Assembly: GCF_053078305.1 (NCBI RefSeq)
Contig: NZ_CP166879.1
Reading direction: 5' to 3' (one strand)
Length of the DNA stretch: 64,000 bases
Shown piece after piece: positions 51,401 to 61,362 of this stretch (its first letter is position 1; each line of letters starts with the position of its first letter). Both the position numbers and the translations under genes were made by a program. Under the pieces are notes generated by a model. It did not search any database. It was not told the origin of the DNA and saw only the letters and a list, made by a program, of their open reading frames with translations.

Positions 51401-51617
51401 CTCCCGGGGGGACATGAGCATGGGTACAGCCGCAGCCGGCAGTAACATGACGTTCTCACCGTCACAGAATGGTACGTCACTGGACCTGCAGGCCGGACTG
51501 GAAGCCCGTGTCCGGGAAAATATCACCCTGGGCGTTCAGGCTGGTTATGTCCACAGCGTCAGCGGCAGCAGCGCTGAAGGCTATAACGGTCAGGCCACGC
51601 TGAATGTGACCTTCTGA
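48495..51617 (+). CDS. flu: Antigen 43 autotransporter adhesin, about 1040 aa
   Basis: N-terminus MKRHLNTSYRLVWNHITGTLVVASELARSRG (extended signal peptide), passenger repeats, C-terminal beta-barrel ending ...NVTF. Confidence 0.85.
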   Translation: MKRHLNTSYRLVWNHITGTLVVASELARSRGKRAGVAVALSLATVTSVPALAADTVVQAGETVNGGTLVNHDNQFVSGTADGVTVSTGLELGPDSDENTGGQWIKAGGTGRNTTVTANGRQIVQAGGTASDTVIRDGGGQSLNGLAVNTTLNNRGEQWVHEGGVATGTIINRDGYQSVKSGGLATGTIINTGAEGGPDSDNSYTGQKVQGTAESTTINKNGRQIILFSGIARDTLIYAGGDQSVHGRALNTTLNGGYQYVHKDGLALNTVINEGGWQVVKAGGAVGNTTINQNGELRVHAGGEATAVTQNTGGALVTSTAATVTGINRLGAFSVVAGKADNVVLENGGRLDVLSGHTATNTRVDDGGTLDVRNGGAATTVSMGNGGVLLADSGAAVSGTRSDGKAFSIGGGQADALMLEKGSSFTLNAGDTATDTTVNGGLFTARGGSLAGTTTLNNGATLTLSGKTVNNDTLTIHEGDALLQGGALTGNGRVEKSGSGTLTVSNTTLIQKTVNLNEGTLTLNDSTVTTDVIAQRGTALKLTGSTVLNGAIDPTNVTLTSGATWNIPDNATVQSVVDDLSHAGQIHFTSTRTGKFVPATLKVKNLNGQNGTISLRVRPDMAQNNADRLVIDGGRATGKTILNMVNAGNSASGLATSGKGIQVVEAINGATTEEGAFVQGNRLQAGAFNYSLNRDSDESWYLRSENAYRAEVPLYASMLTQAMDYDRILAGSRSHQTGVNGENNSVRLSIQGGHLGHDNNGGIVRGATPESSGSYGFVRLEGDLLRTEVAGMSLTTGVYGAAGHSSVDVKNDDGSRAGTVRDDAGSLGGYLNLVHNASGLWADIVAQGTRHSMKASSDNNDFRARGWGWLGSLETGLPFSITDNLMLEPQLQYTWQGLSLDDGQDNAGYVKFGHGSAQHVRAGFRLGSHNDMTFGEGTSSRDTLRGSAKHSVRELPVNWWVQPSVIRTFSSRGDMSMGTAAAGSNMTFSPSQNGTSLDLQAGLEARVRENITLGVQAGYVHSVSGSSAEGYNGQATLNVTF

Positions 51618-51737
51618 CAGAACCATCGCCTCTCTGTGGTCCCGGTCATCATGATCGGGACCCGGACCGGCGCAACGGATATTCAACGCCACATTCGCTG
51701 GCATTAACAATAACATGATATTCATCACGGAGTGACT

Positions 51738-54254
51738 ATGTTACAGATAGTCGGCGCGCTGATCCTGCTGATCGCAGGATTTGCCATTCTTCGCCTTTTG
51801 TTCAGAGCATTAATCAGCACGGCTTCTGCGCTGGCAGGGCTCATATTGCTGTGTCTGTTCGGCCCGGCCTTACTGGCTGGCTATATCACCGAACGCATAA
51901 CCCGGTTGTTCCATATTCGCTGGCTGGCAGGCGTATTTCTGACGATTGCCGGAATGATCATCAGCTTCATGTGGGGACTTGATGGTAAACATATCGCGCT
52001 GGAGGCTCACACCTTTGACTCTGTGAAATTTATTCTGACCACCGCTCTCGCCGGTGGTCTGCTGGCTGTTCCCCTGCAGATCAAAAACATTCAGCAGAAC
52101 GGGATCACACCAGAAGATATCAGCAAGGAAATTAACGGGTATTACTGCTGTTTTTATACTGCCTTTTTCCTTATGGCGTGTTCTGCATGCGCACCATTGA
52201 TCGCGTTACAGTACGATATTTCACCGTCACTGATGTGGTGGGGCGGGTTGTTGTACTGGCTGGCTGCATTAGTGACGCTGCTATGGGCGGCCAGCCAGAT
52301 CCAGGCGCTGAAAAAACTGACCTGTGCCATCAGCCAGACACTGGAAGAACAACCGGTGCTCAACAGTAAATCGTGGCTGACCAGTTTGCAAAACGATTAC
52401 AGCCTTCCTGACTCACTGACGGAGCGCATCTGGCTGACGCTCATTTCACAACGGATTTCCCGGGGAGAGCTGAGGGAATTTGAACTGGCAGACGGAAACT
52501 GGTTACTGAACAATGCCTGGTATGAAAGAAACATGGCAGGGTTTAACGAACAGTTGAAAGAGAACCTGTCATTCACACCTGATGAACTGAAAACGCTCTT
52601 CCGGAACCGCCTGAATTTATCACCGGAAGCGAATGACGATTTTCTCGATCGTTGCCTGGACGGCGGTGACTGGTATCCCTTTTCAGAAGGTCGCCGTTTT
52701 GTATCATTCCATCACGTGGATGAGCTTCGTATCTGTGCCTCCTGCGGGCTGACAGAAGTACATCATGCCCCGGAAAATCATAAGCCGGATCCGGAATGGT
52801 ACTGCTCCTCTCTTTGTCGCGAAACAGAAACACTGTGTCAGGAAATTTATGAACGCCCTTACAACAGCTTTATTTCCGATGCAACGGCGAATGGTCTGAT
52901 TCTCATGAAACTGCCGGAAACCTGGAGTACAAATGAGAAAATGTTTGCTTCCGGAGGGCAGGGACATGGGTTTGCCGCTGAACGGGGAAACCATATTGTC
53001 GACAGAGTCCGTCTGAAAAACGCACGGATCCTCGGTGATAATAATGCCAGAAATGGAGCAGACAGACTGGTCAGCGGAACAGAAATCCAGACGAAATATT
53101 GTTCAACTGCAGCCCGTAGCGTCGGTGCGGCATTCGACGGACAAAACGGACAGTATCGTTACATGGGAAATAATGGCCCCATGCAACTGGAAGTCCCCCG
53201 TGATCAGTATGCCGGCGCTGTTGAAACCATGAGGAATAAGATCCGCGAAGGTAAAGTACCCGGTGTAACCGATCCCGCAGAAGCGTCCCGGCTGATTCGT
53301 CGGGGACATCTGACTTATACTCAGGCCCGTAATATCACCCGGTTCGGGACCATCGAATCGGTCACTTATGATATTGCCGAGGGGTCGGTTGTCAGTCTGG
53401 CGGCCGGAGGGATCAGTTTTGCCCTGACGGCATCGGTCTTCTGGCTCAGCACCGGCGAGCGCGATGCTGCCCTGCAGACAGCTGCTGTCCAGGCAGGAAA
53501 AACCTTCACCCGCACACTGGCTGTCTACGTCACAACCCAGCAACTCCACCGGCTCAGTGTTGTTCAGGGTATGCTGAAGCACATTGATTTTTCGACTGCC
53601 AGCCCGACTGTCCGACTGGCTCTTCAGAAGGGGACCGGTGCAGGAAATATCAGTGCCCTGAACAAAGTGATGAAGGGTACGCTGGTGACATCTCTGGCAC
53701 TGGTAGCTGTCACAACCGGCCCTGACATGATCAAAATGTTGCGGGGACGGATCTCCGGTACGCAGTTCATCAGGAATCTTGCCGTGGCATCTTCCGGTGT
53801 GGCAGGTGGAGCTGTCGGGTCAGTGGCGGGCGGGATACTGTTCAGTCCACTGGGACCATTTGGTGCACTGACAGGGCGTGTGGTTGGCGGTGTTCTGGGG
53901 GGAATGATTGCCTCCGCTGTATCAGGAAAAATTGCCGGAGCGCTGGTTGAAGAAGATCGCGTCAAAATTCTGGCAATGATTCAGGAGCAGGTGACATGGC
54001 TTGCCGGCAGTTTCCTGCTGACCGGACATGAGATTGAAAATCTGAACGAGAATCTGGCCCGTGTTATCGATCAGAATGCTCTGGAGATCATTTTCGCCGC
54101 CGGTATACAACAACGGGCCGCGACCAATATGTTAATCAAACCACTGGTGGTCAGTATCATCAGGCAACGCCCCGTCATGGAATATGATGCATCCCATCTC
54201 GGCAATATGGTTAACCGACTGGAAGAAGCATTACCCCCGGAGTTACCGGCATAA
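51738..54254 (+). CDS. YeeR-like inner-membrane protein (long form, about 838 aa)
   Basis: Several N-terminal TM helices; position after agn43 as in CP4-44-like modules; GGAG 6 nt before the ATG at 51738. Confidence 0.55.
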   Translation: MLQIVGALILLIAGFAILRLLFRALISTASALAGLILLCLFGPALLAGYITERITRLFHIRWLAGVFLTIAGMIISFMWGLDGKHIALEAHTFDSVKFILTTALAGGLLAVPLQIKNIQQNGITPEDISKEINGYYCCFYTAFFLMACSACAPLIALQYDISPSLMWWGGLLYWLAALVTLLWAASQIQALKKLTCAISQTLEEQPVLNSKSWLTSLQNDYSLPDSLTERIWLTLISQRISRGELREFELADGNWLLNNAWYERNMAGFNEQLKENLSFTPDELKTLFRNRLNLSPEANDDFLDRCLDGGDWYPFSEGRRFVSFHHVDELRICASCGLTEVHHAPENHKPDPEWYCSSLCRETETLCQEIYERPYNSFISDATANGLILMKLPETWSTNEKMFASGGQGHGFAAERGNHIVDRVRLKNARILGDNNARNGADRLVSGTEIQTKYCSTAARSVGAAFDGQNGQYRYMGNNGPMQLEVPRDQYAGAVETMRNKIREGKVPGVTDPAEASRLIRRGHLTYTQARNITRFGTIESVTYDIAEGSVVSLAAGGISFALTASVFWLSTGERDAALQTAAVQAGKTFTRTLAVYVTTQQLHRLSVVQGMLKHIDFSTASPTVRLALQKGTGAGNISALNKVMKGTLVTSLALVAVTTGPDMIKMLRGRISGTQFIRNLAVASSGVAGGAVGSVAGGILFSPLGPFGALTGRVVGGVLGGMIASAVSGKIAGALVEEDRVKILAMIQEQVTWLAGSFLLTGHEIENLNENLARVIDQNALEIIFAAGIQQRAATNMLIKPLVVSIIRQRPVMEYDASHLGNMVNRLEEALPPELPA

Positions 54255-54329
54255 CGGCTATTCTGCGCCTTTTACGCTTTATCACCTGATTTGTCAGTGT
54301 CATCGTCATGACTCAGAGAGGTAAATACC

Positions 54330-54785
54330 ATGATTCACCTGTTCAAAACCTGCATGATTACCGCCTTCATTCTGGGGTTAACGTGGTCTGCCCCACTCCG
54401 GGCACAGGATCAACGTTACATCAGTATACGCAATACAGATACGATATGGCTCCCGGGAAATATTTGTGCTTACCAGTTCCGGCTGGATAATGGCGGAAAC
54501 GATGAAGGATTTGGCCCCCTCACCATCACTCTGCAACTCAAAGACAAATATGGTCAGACGCTGGTGACCAGAAAAATGGAAACGGAAGCTTTTGGTGACA
54601 GTAATGCCACGCGAACCACAGACGCATTTCTGGAAACGGAGTGCGTGGAAAATGTCGCCACAACCGAAATCATTAAAGCAACTGAAGAAAGTAACGGCCA
54701 TCGTGTCAGTCTGCCGTTATCGGTTTTCAATCCCCAGGACTACCATCCACTGCTGATTACCGTTTCCGGAAAAAACGTTAACTGA
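54330..54785 (+). CDS. Hypothetical secreted protein, 151 aa
   Basis: N-terminal signal peptide (MIHLFKTCMITAFILGLTWSAPLRA). Confidence 0.45.
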   Translation: MIHLFKTCMITAFILGLTWSAPLRAQDQRYISIRNTDTIWLPGNICAYQFRLDNGGNDEGFGPLTITLQLKDKYGQTLVTRKMETEAFGDSNATRTTDAFLETECVENVATTEIIKATEESNGHRVSLPLSVFNPQDYHPLLITVSGKNVN

Positions 54786-54810
54786 TCCCTGAAGTCAGTT
54801 TCATGCTTCA

Positions 54811-54846
54811 GCCTCTGTCACAACGCGTGGCAGAGGCTTTTTATTT
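54811..54846 (+). terminator. Rho-independent terminator
   Basis: Hairpin gcctctg-(loop)-cagaggc followed by TTTTTATTTA. Confidence 0.65.
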
Positions 54847-54863
54847 ATCAGGAGAAAACAGAT

Positions 54864-55097
54864 ATGCCGGGTTACACAGAGTATGTCCTGGCTGAAGGAT
54901 CTTTCTCATACGGGCAGGCGGTTGCTGTCATAACCGCTTACCGCAATGTGTTTATCCAGGATGACCCGGGAATGCATTTCCGTCGGGTTATCCGCAACGC
55001 GGAAGGTCAGCGACGCTGGCGCTGCCGGAATTCTGAACCCGATGCCGGAAAGGTGCTTAATACGCGGCTCGCCAGTGACGGTCTTCTCAGACAATAA
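54864..55097 (+). CDS. Small conserved island protein, 77 aa (DUF905-like, recalled)
   Basis: Position before the yafZ-like gene as in K-12 cryptic-prophage modules. Confidence 0.4.
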   Translation: MPGYTEYVLAEGSFSYGQAVAVITAYRNVFIQDDPGMHFRRVIRNAEGQRRWRCRNSEPDAGKVLNTRLASDGLLRQ

Positions 55098-55196
55098 ACG
55101 TCATTCATTTCACCCATCAGGCCGCGTCTTCTCCGGGAGACGTGGCTTTTTCATTTATTACACCAGTAAATCTTAACCACCGATAAGGAGCAAATT

Positions 55197-56015
55197 ATGC
55201 GACTAGCCAGTCGTTTTGGTTATGCGAACCAGATACGCCGTGACCGTCCGCTGACACACGAAGAACTGATGCACTATGTGCCGGGGATTTTCGGGGAAGA
55301 TAAACACACGTCCCGAAGCCAGAACTATACGTACATCCCCACCATCACCGTACTGGAAAGCCTGCAGCGGGAAGGCTTTCAGCCATTCTTCGCCTGCCAG
55401 ACCCGTGTGCGCGACCCGGGCCGCCGGGGATACACAAAACACATGCTGCGTCTGCGGCGGGCCGGAGAGATAAACGGAGAACATGTCCCTGAAATTATTC
55501 TGCTCAACTCTCATGACGGTACCTCCAGCTACCAGATGCTGCCGGGTTACTTCAGGTTCGTCTGCCAGAACGGATGCGTCTGTGGTCAGTCTCTGGGGGA
55601 AGTGCGTGTTCCGCACCGGGGAAATGTGGTGGACAGAGTCATTGAAGGGGCTTACGAGGTGGTGGGGGTTTTTGACCGGATTGAGGAAAAGCGTGATGCC
55701 ATGCAGTCGCTGATTCTGCCGCCACCGGCACGCCAGGCGCTGGCACAGGCGGCACTGACTTACCGTTATGGTGACGAACATCAGCCCGTCACCACCGCCG
55801 ACATTCTGACGCCACGACGCCGGGAGGATTACGGTAAGGACCTGTGGAGTGCTTATCAGACCATTCAGGAGAATATGCTGAAAGGCGGAATTTCAGGTCG
55901 CAGCGCTAAAGGAAAACGTATCCATACCCGTGCCATTCACAGCATTGACACTGACATTAAGCTCAACCGCGCATTGTGGGTGATGGCGGAAACCCTGCTG
56001 GAGAGCCTGCGCTGA
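55197..56015 (+). CDS. YafZ/YfjQ-like protein (DUF932 family), 272 aa
   Basis: Strong similarity to the recalled YafZ sequence (MRLASRFGYANQIRRDRPLTHEELMHYVP...). Confidence 0.7.
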   Translation: MRLASRFGYANQIRRDRPLTHEELMHYVPGIFGEDKHTSRSQNYTYIPTITVLESLQREGFQPFFACQTRVRDPGRRGYTKHMLRLRRAGEINGEHVPEIILLNSHDGTSSYQMLPGYFRFVCQNGCVCGQSLGEVRVPHRGNVVDRVIEGAYEVVGVFDRIEEKRDAMQSLILPPPARQALAQAALTYRYGDEHQPVTTADILTPRRREDYGKDLWSAYQTIQENMLKGGISGRSAKGKRIHTRAIHSIDTDIKLNRALWVMAETLLESLR

Positions 56016-56069
56016 TTCAGCCATTACCCTGAAAACCACGCATTTATTTGTCCTTTAAGGAGTCATTTC

Positions 56070-56555
56070 ATGAAAACCATTTCACATAATTCCACCACAT
56101 CTTCTGTTTCCGTAACCGCTGCATCAGGGAATGACCAGCCTCAGTTGGTTGCCACCCTCGTCCCTGATGAACAGCGCATCAGCTTCTGGCCGCAGCACTT
56201 TGGCCTCATTCCACAGTGGGTGACCCTGGAGCCCCGTGTCTTCGGCTGGATGGACCGTCTGTGTGAAGACTACTGCGGTGGTATCTGGAATCTGTACACC
56301 CTGAACAACGGCGGGGCATTTATGGCACCCGAACCGGATGACGATGATGACGAAACATGGGTACTGTTCAATGCCATGAACGGTAACCGCGCTGAAATGA
56401 GTCCGGAAGCTGCCGGCATTGCTGCCTGTCTGATGACGTACAGTCATCATGCCTGTCGTACGGAGTGTTATGCCATGACGGTCCATTATTACCGGCTGCG
56501 GGATTACGCCCTGCAGCATCCGGAATGCAGCGCCATTATGCGCATCATCGACTGA
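56070..56555 (+). CDS. Antirestriction protein (YfjX/YafX/KlcA-like), 161 aa
   Basis: Acidic stretch EPDDDDDETW and conserved order before the radC-like gene. Confidence 0.6.
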   Translation: MKTISHNSTTSSVSVTAASGNDQPQLVATLVPDEQRISFWPQHFGLIPQWVTLEPRVFGWMDRLCEDYCGGIWNLYTLNNGGAFMAPEPDDDDDETWVLFNAMNGNRAEMSPEAAGIAACLMTYSHHACRTECYAMTVHYYRLRDYALQHPECSAIMRIID

Positions 56556-56570
56556 ATGGAGAGAAGTACA

Positions 56571-57047
56571 ATGCAACAGCTTTCCTTTCTGCCCGGAGAG
56601 ATGACGCCCGGCGAGCGCAGCCTCATTCAACGGGCCCTGAAAACCCTGGACCGCCATCTTCATGAACCCGGCGTGGCCTTCACCTCCACCCGTGCGGCAC
56701 GAGAATGGCTGATTCTGAACATGGCGGGACTGGAGCGTGAAGAGTTCCGGGTGCTGTATCTGAACAACCAGAATCAGCTGATTGCCGGTGAAACCCTCTT
56801 CACCGGCACCATCAACCGCACGGAAGTCCATCCCCGTGAAGTGATTAAACGCGCCCTGTATCACAATGCCGCTGCTGTGGTGCTGGCACACAATCACCCG
56901 TCCGGTGAAGTCACACCCAGCAAGGCAGACCGCCTTATCACGGAACGTCTGGTACAGGCACTGGGCCTGGTGGATATCCGGGTGCCGGACCATCTGATAG
57001 TCGGTGGCAGCCAGGTTTTCTCCTTTGCCGAACATGGTCTGCTTTAA
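56571..57047 (+). CDS. RadC-like JAB-domain protein (YeeS/YkfG/YfjY-like), about 158 aa
   Basis: JAMM motif region (HNHPSGEVTPSKAD); start set at MQQLSF. Confidence 0.7.
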   Translation: MQQLSFLPGEMTPGERSLIQRALKTLDRHLHEPGVAFTSTRAAREWLILNMAGLEREEFRVLYLNNQNQLIAGETLFTGTINRTEVHPREVIKRALYHNAAAVVLAHNHPSGEVTPSKADRLITERLVQALGLVDIRVPDHLIVGGSQVFSFAEHGLL

Positions 57048-57109
57048 CCCGTCACAACCACATCACACCTGTTTTCACTTTTATCTTCTGTCTTCAGAGG
57101 TATCCCACT

Positions 57110-57331
57110 ATGAAAATCATCACCCGTGGCGAAGCCATGCGTATTCACCGTCAGCATCCGGCATCCCGTCTTTTTCCGTTCTGTACCGGCAAATACCGCT
57201 GGCACGGCAGTGCTGAAGCGTATACCGGTCGTGAAGTGCAGGATATTCCCGGTGTGCTGGCCGTGTTTGCAGAACGCCGTAAGGACAGTTTTGGTCCGTA
57301 TGTCCGGCTGATGAGCGTCACCCTGAACTGA
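57110..57331 (+). CDS. YeeT/YkfH-like protein (DUF987), 73 aa
   Basis: Conserved small ORF preceding the antitoxin gene. Confidence 0.6.
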   Translation: MKIITRGEAMRIHRQHPASRLFPFCTGKYRWHGSAEAYTGREVQDIPGVLAVFAERRKDSFGPYVRLMSVTLN

Positions 57332-57493
57332 TGTTCCGTCACCCGGAAAACGAGTACGACTGGCTGAGCTCAGACGCCGCTGTGGATGAGGTCCTGCTCA
57401 TCAACGAATACACCTTTACCGAAGCCGGTCTGCGCGCCGGCTGACCCGTCATCGTTAAACTATCATTCACCGATTTTCTGTGAGGATTTTATC

Positions 57494-57862
57494 GTGTCAG
57501 ACACACTTTCCGGGACAACGCATCCCGATGACAATGACGACCATCCCTGGTGGGGACTACCCTGCACAGTGACGCCCTGTTTCGGCGCCCGTCTGGTGCA
57601 GGAGGGTAACCGCCTGCATTACCTTGCCGACCGCGCCGGTATCAGAGGCCTGTTCAGCGATGCAGATGCGTACCACCTGGACCAGGCCTTTCCGCTGCTG
57701 ATGAAACAACTGGAACTCATGCTCACCAGCGGTGAACTGAATCCCCGCCATCAGCATACCGTCACGCTGTATGCAAAAGGTCTGACCTGCAAAGCTGACA
57801 CTCTCGGTAGCGGTGGTTACGTTTATCTGGCTGTTTATCCGACGCCCGAAACGAAAAAGTAA
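57494..57862 (+). CDS. cbeA: CbeA/YeeU-family type IV antitoxin, about 122 aa (GTG start)
   Basis: [43 protein letters not shown]... matches recalled YeeU; the track ORF is an upstream extension. Confidence 0.8.
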   Translation: MSDTLSGTTHPDDNDDHPWWGLPCTVTPCFGARLVQEGNRLHYLADRAGIRGLFSDADAYHLDQAFPLLMKQLELMLTSGELNPRHQHTVTLYAKGLTCKADTLGSGGYVYLAVYPTPETKK

Positions 57863-57951
57863 ACCACCGGAATAACCTTCTGCTCCGGCCTGGTGCTTTC
57901 ACCACGCCACTTTTCCATTTTTCATCTCTGCATATCAGGAAAACCTTCAGT

Positions 57952-58326
57952 ATGAAAACATTACCCGATACACACGTACGGGAGGCATCGAGCTGCCCGT
58001 CTCCCGTCACCATCTGGCAGACTCTGCTCTCCCGACTACTGGGCCAGCATTACGGCCTTACACTGAATGACACACCGTTCGCCGATGAACGTGTGATTGA
58101 GCAGCATATTGAAGCTGGCATTTCACTGTGTGATGCGGTGAATTTTCTCGTGGAAAAATACGCGCTGGTGCGTACCGACCAGCCGGGATTCAGCACTTGT
58201 CCCCGCTCTCAGTTAATAAACAGTATTGATATCCTCCGGGCTCGCAGGGCGACCGGCCTGATGACCCGCGACAATTACAGAACGGTAAATAACATTACCC
58301 TGGGTAAGCATCCGGAGAAACGATGA
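57952..58326 (+). CDS. cbtA: CbtA/YeeV-family type IV toxin (cytoskeleton-targeting), 124 aa
   Basis: Matches recalled YeeV sequence (…[41 protein letters not shown]…). Confidence 0.8.
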   Translation: MKTLPDTHVREASSCPSPVTIWQTLLSRLLGQHYGLTLNDTPFADERVIEQHIEAGISLCDAVNFLVEKYALVRTDQPGFSTCPRSQLINSIDILRARRATGLMTRDNYRTVNNITLGKHPEKR

Positions 58327-58811
58327 AACTTTCCCTGATGCTGGAAGCCGACAGAATTAATGTGCAGGCACTGAACATGGGGCGAATTGTCGTTGACGTC
58401 GATGGTGTTAATCTCACTGAACTGATTAACAAGGTCGCTGAAAACGGTTATTCACTCCGCGTGGTGGAGGAATCCGACCAACAGTCAACCTGCACACTAC
58501 CACCGTTTGCAACCCTTGCCGGCATACGCTGCAGTACCGCACATATCACGGAAAAGGATAACGCCTGGCTGTACTCGCTGTCGCATCAGACCAGTGACGT
58601 TGGTGAATCAGAATGGATTCATTTCACAGGTAGCGGATATCTGTTACGTACCGATGCGTGGTCATATCCGGTTCTGCGGCTTAAACGCCTGGGGCTGTCA
58701 AAAACGTTCCGTCGTCTGGTTATCACACTTACCCGACGTTATGGCGTCAGTCTCATTCATCTGGATGCCAGCGCTGAATGCCTGCCGGGTTTACCCACTT
58801 TCAACTGGTAA
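58323..58811 (+). CDS. YeeW-like hypothetical protein, 162 aa
   Basis: ATG overlaps the cbtA stop (ATGA); conserved position. Confidence 0.45.
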   Translation: MKLSLMLEADRINVQALNMGRIVVDVDGVNLTELINKVAENGYSLRVVEESDQQSTCTLPPFATLAGIRCSTAHITEKDNAWLYSLSHQTSDVGESEWIHFTGSGYLLRTDAWSYPVLRLKRLGLSKTFRRLVITLTRRYGVSLIHLDASAECLPGLPTFNW

Positions 58812-58822
58812 CCAGGAACAAC

Positions 58823-59020
58823 ATGAAATCATTAACCACGGAAACAGCACTGGATATTCTGATTGCGTGGCTGCAGGACAATATCGACTGCGAATCGGGA
58901 ATTATCTTTGACAACGATGAGGATAAAACGGATTCGGCAGCACTGCTGCCCTGCATTGAACAGGCGAGGGAGGATATCCATACCCTGCGCCAGGTGCAGC
59001 TTCTGCACCAGAACCAGTGA
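58823..59020 (+). CDS. Hypothetical small protein, about 65 aa
   Basis: ORF from MKSLTTETALD; the track's longer form starts in the previous gene. Confidence 0.3.
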   Translation: MKSLTTETALDILIAWLQDNIDCESGIIFDNDEDKTDSAALLPCIEQAREDIHTLRQVQLLHQNQ

Positions 59021-59104
59021 ATATTACTCACCATACTTCATTCCACTGACGCCAGCCTGAACAGGGCTGGCGTTTTCATTTATCTGCAAAAAGGAATATC
59101 GATT

Positions 59105-59953
59105 ATGTCTGAACTCACAGCCTCCCGTCCGGAAGTGGTCAACGGACATACGGACGTTATCTGCTCAACCTCAGTCAGCCACATTCTGGCTGTACGAAAG
59201 AGTACACTGTTGCAAATCGACATACTTATCCGGCAACTGGCTGAAATCTCAGCAATGACAGAAAGTATTGGCGGTAAAACTGCTCTGGACTGGGCCATGA
59301 AACAGGATTTTCGCTGCGGCTGCTGGCTGACTGAGAAACCGGAAACCGCAATGAAAGCCATTACCCGCAACCTTGACCGTGAAATCTGGCGTGACCTGAT
59401 GCAACGTTCCGGGATGCTGTCATTAATGGATGCACAGGCACGTGATACATGGTACCGGTCACTGGAGTACGATAATTTTCCGGAAATCAGCGAAGCGAAC
59501 ATTCTGGGCACGTTTGAACAACTGCATCAGAATAAAGATGAGGTGTTTGAGCGAGGAGTCATCAACGTCTTCAGGGGACTGAGCTGGAATTACAAAACCA
59601 ACTCCCCCTGTAAATTTGGCAGTAAAATTATCGTCAACAACCTGGTGAGGTGGGACAGATGGGGATTGCATCTTATCACCGGGCAACAGGCAGATCGACT
59701 CGCCGACCTGGAAAGAATGCTACACCTGTTCAGCGGCAAACCGATCCCCGACAGCCGGGAAAATATCATCATTCGGCTGGATGATCACATCCGCTCCGTT
59801 CAGGGCAAAGTGTGCTATGAAGATGAGATGTTCAACATCAGATACTTTAAGAAGGGCTCCGCACACATCACGTTCAGGAAACCAGAACTGGTTGATCGGC
59901 TAAATGATATTATTGCGAAACATTATGCGGGAAAAGTATCTTCTTCAGTATAG
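59105..59953 (+). CDS. Hypothetical protein, 282 aa (DUF4942-like, recalled as a common island-terminal gene)
   Basis: Long ORF; last island gene before the ulaE junction. Confidence 0.5.
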   Translation: MSELTASRPEVVNGHTDVICSTSVSHILAVRKSTLLQIDILIRQLAEISAMTESIGGKTALDWAMKQDFRCGCWLTEKPETAMKAITRNLDREIWRDLMQRSGMLSLMDAQARDTWYRSLEYDNFPEISEANILGTFEQLHQNKDEVFERGVINVFRGLSWNYKTNSPCKFGSKIIVNNLVRWDRWGLHLITGQQADRLADLERMLHLFSGKPIPDSRENIIIRLDDHIRSVQGKVCYEDEMFNIRYFKKGSAHITFRKPELVDRLNDIIAKHYAGKVSSSV

Positions 59954-60162
59954 ACTTATATATCACAGGTATTGTGTCTCGTCCGGAACAAGACAGGTAG
60001 GTATGCTGCATTCACTGAACCATTACAGAGAATATTTCAACAGAGTTCAATATACCTCCATGTATAACAACTACACCTTGGGGGCTATATTGGGGGCTAT
60101 TTATAGGGAGGTGTTTAAATATATACTTATTATTCAATAATATAGGTTGATTAAGTTCATCC

Positions 60163-60215
60163 CCGGCGGGGAGCGCTTTTTCATAGATGCCAAGCGGGAT
60201 TTGTTTGGACAACAT
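60163..60215 (-). pseudogene. ulaE: ulaE 5' fragment (first 18 codons: MLSKQIPLGIYEKALPAG) truncated by the island junction
   Basis: Starts 10 bp after the ulaD stop; matches the recalled UlaE N-terminus, then diverges into island sequence. Confidence 0.6.
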
Positions 60216-60224
60216 ATCCGCTCC

Positions 60225-60875
60225 TTAGCCCCACAGTTCAGCGATGGAACGTTTGAACTGACGTGCGGCTTCCACCGGAGAAGCGGCATCACGGATACTA
60301 CGGCCCGCGATAAAGACGTGAATCGGAATACCCTTGAACAGCGGCAGATCTTCCAGCGCCAGGCCTCCGGTGACGGTCACTTTGAAGCCCATATCGGAAA
60401 GACGTTTGATCGCGGTGATATCTGCTTCGCCCCACGCCACGCCTGCGGCCTGCGCATCACGGCTGCGGTGATAAACCACCTGCTGAATGCCTGCATCGCG
60501 CCACTGCTGCGCCTGTTCCCAGGTCCAGTAACCGGTCAGTTCGATCTGCACGTCGCCGTTAAACTCTTTTGCCACGTCCAGCGCGCCTTTGGCGGTGTTG
60601 ATATCCGCACAGCAAATTACCGTCACCCAGTCAGCGTTGGCTTCGAAGCACATACGCGAAAGGATTTTGCCTGCATCGGCAATTTTGGCGTCTGCCAGTA
60701 CGATTTTGTGCGGGTAGAGCGCTTTCAGGTCACGAACCGCACGCACGCCTTCGCCCACGCACAGAATGGTGCCCACTTCGATAATGTCGACTTCTTCGGC
60801 AATCAGGCGAGTGGTTTCGTAGGCGCTATCCATAGTCTGGTTGTCCAGCGCGACTTGCAACATCGGTAATGACAT
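60225..60875 (-). CDS. ulaD: 3-keto-L-gulonate-6-phosphate decarboxylase, 216 aa
   Basis: Sequence from [19 protein letters not shown] matches recalled UlaD; start chosen at that Met rather than the track's longer ORF. Confidence 0.8.
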   Translation of the reverse strand: MSLPMLQVALDNQTMDSAYETTRLIAEEVDIIEVGTILCVGEGVRAVRDLKALYPHKIVLADAKIADAGKILSRMCFEANADWVTVICCADINTAKGALDVAKEFNGDVQIELTGYWTWEQAQQWRDAGIQQVVYHRSRDAQAAGVAWGEADITAIKRLSDMGFKVTVTGGLALEDLPLFKGIPIHVFIAGRSIRDAASPVEAARQFKRSIAELWG

Positions 60876-60888
60876 GTTCAATTCCTTC

Positions 60889-61353
60889 TTAAGCTGCCGC
60901 GTTGGTGCGGTCAATGAGATCCAGTACTTCCTGCTCGGTACGGCAGGAGCGTAAACGGTCAAAATTCTCTTCATCTTCAAACAGGTTGACGATCTGCATG
61001 ATGCCCACTTCCTGGTGAGTATTGGCATCGACCGCCGCCATGGTGATGAGGATATCCACCGGATCGTTGTCGTCGTGGTTAAATTCCAGCGGCTTTTTCA
61101 GCGTTACCAGAGAGAAACCGGTTTTCTTAACACCCTCTTCCGGCCGCCCGTGCGGCATCGCCAGCCCCGGAGCGATAACGAAATAAGGGCCAAACTGTTC
61201 CACGCCATCCAGAATCGCCTGGTAATAGCGCGGCTCGACAACGTCCGCCGCCACCAGCAGATCGACGCCGATTTTCACCGCGTCCTGCCAGGTTTCAGCT
61301 TCAGCCTGCAGGCGGATGGATTTATTTACAGCCAGCGAATCACGTAATTTCAT
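60889..61353 (-). CDS. ulaC: Ascorbate-specific PTS enzyme IIA, 154 aa
   Basis: Size, PTS EIIA-type sequence and operon position. Confidence 0.75.
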   Translation of the reverse strand: MKLRDSLAVNKSIRLQAEAETWQDAVKIGVDLLVAADVVEPRYYQAILDGVEQFGPYFVIAPGLAMPHGRPEEGVKKTGFSLVTLKKPLEFNHDDNDPVDILITMAAVDANTHQEVGIMQIVNLFEDEENFDRLRSCRTEQEVLDLIDRTNAAA

Positions 61354-61362
61354 GGCGCGTCC

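Noticed and set aside
48633-51526. Minus-strand ORFs (up to 354 aa) inside agn43
   Set aside because: Antisense to the well-supported antigen 43 autotransporter gene; low-complexity translations typical of GC-rich antisense frames.
60012-60215. 67-aa ORF downstream of ulaD as an intact gene
   Set aside because: Only its first 18 codons match UlaE; the rest is read-through into island DNA, so it is annotated as a truncated ulaE remnant.
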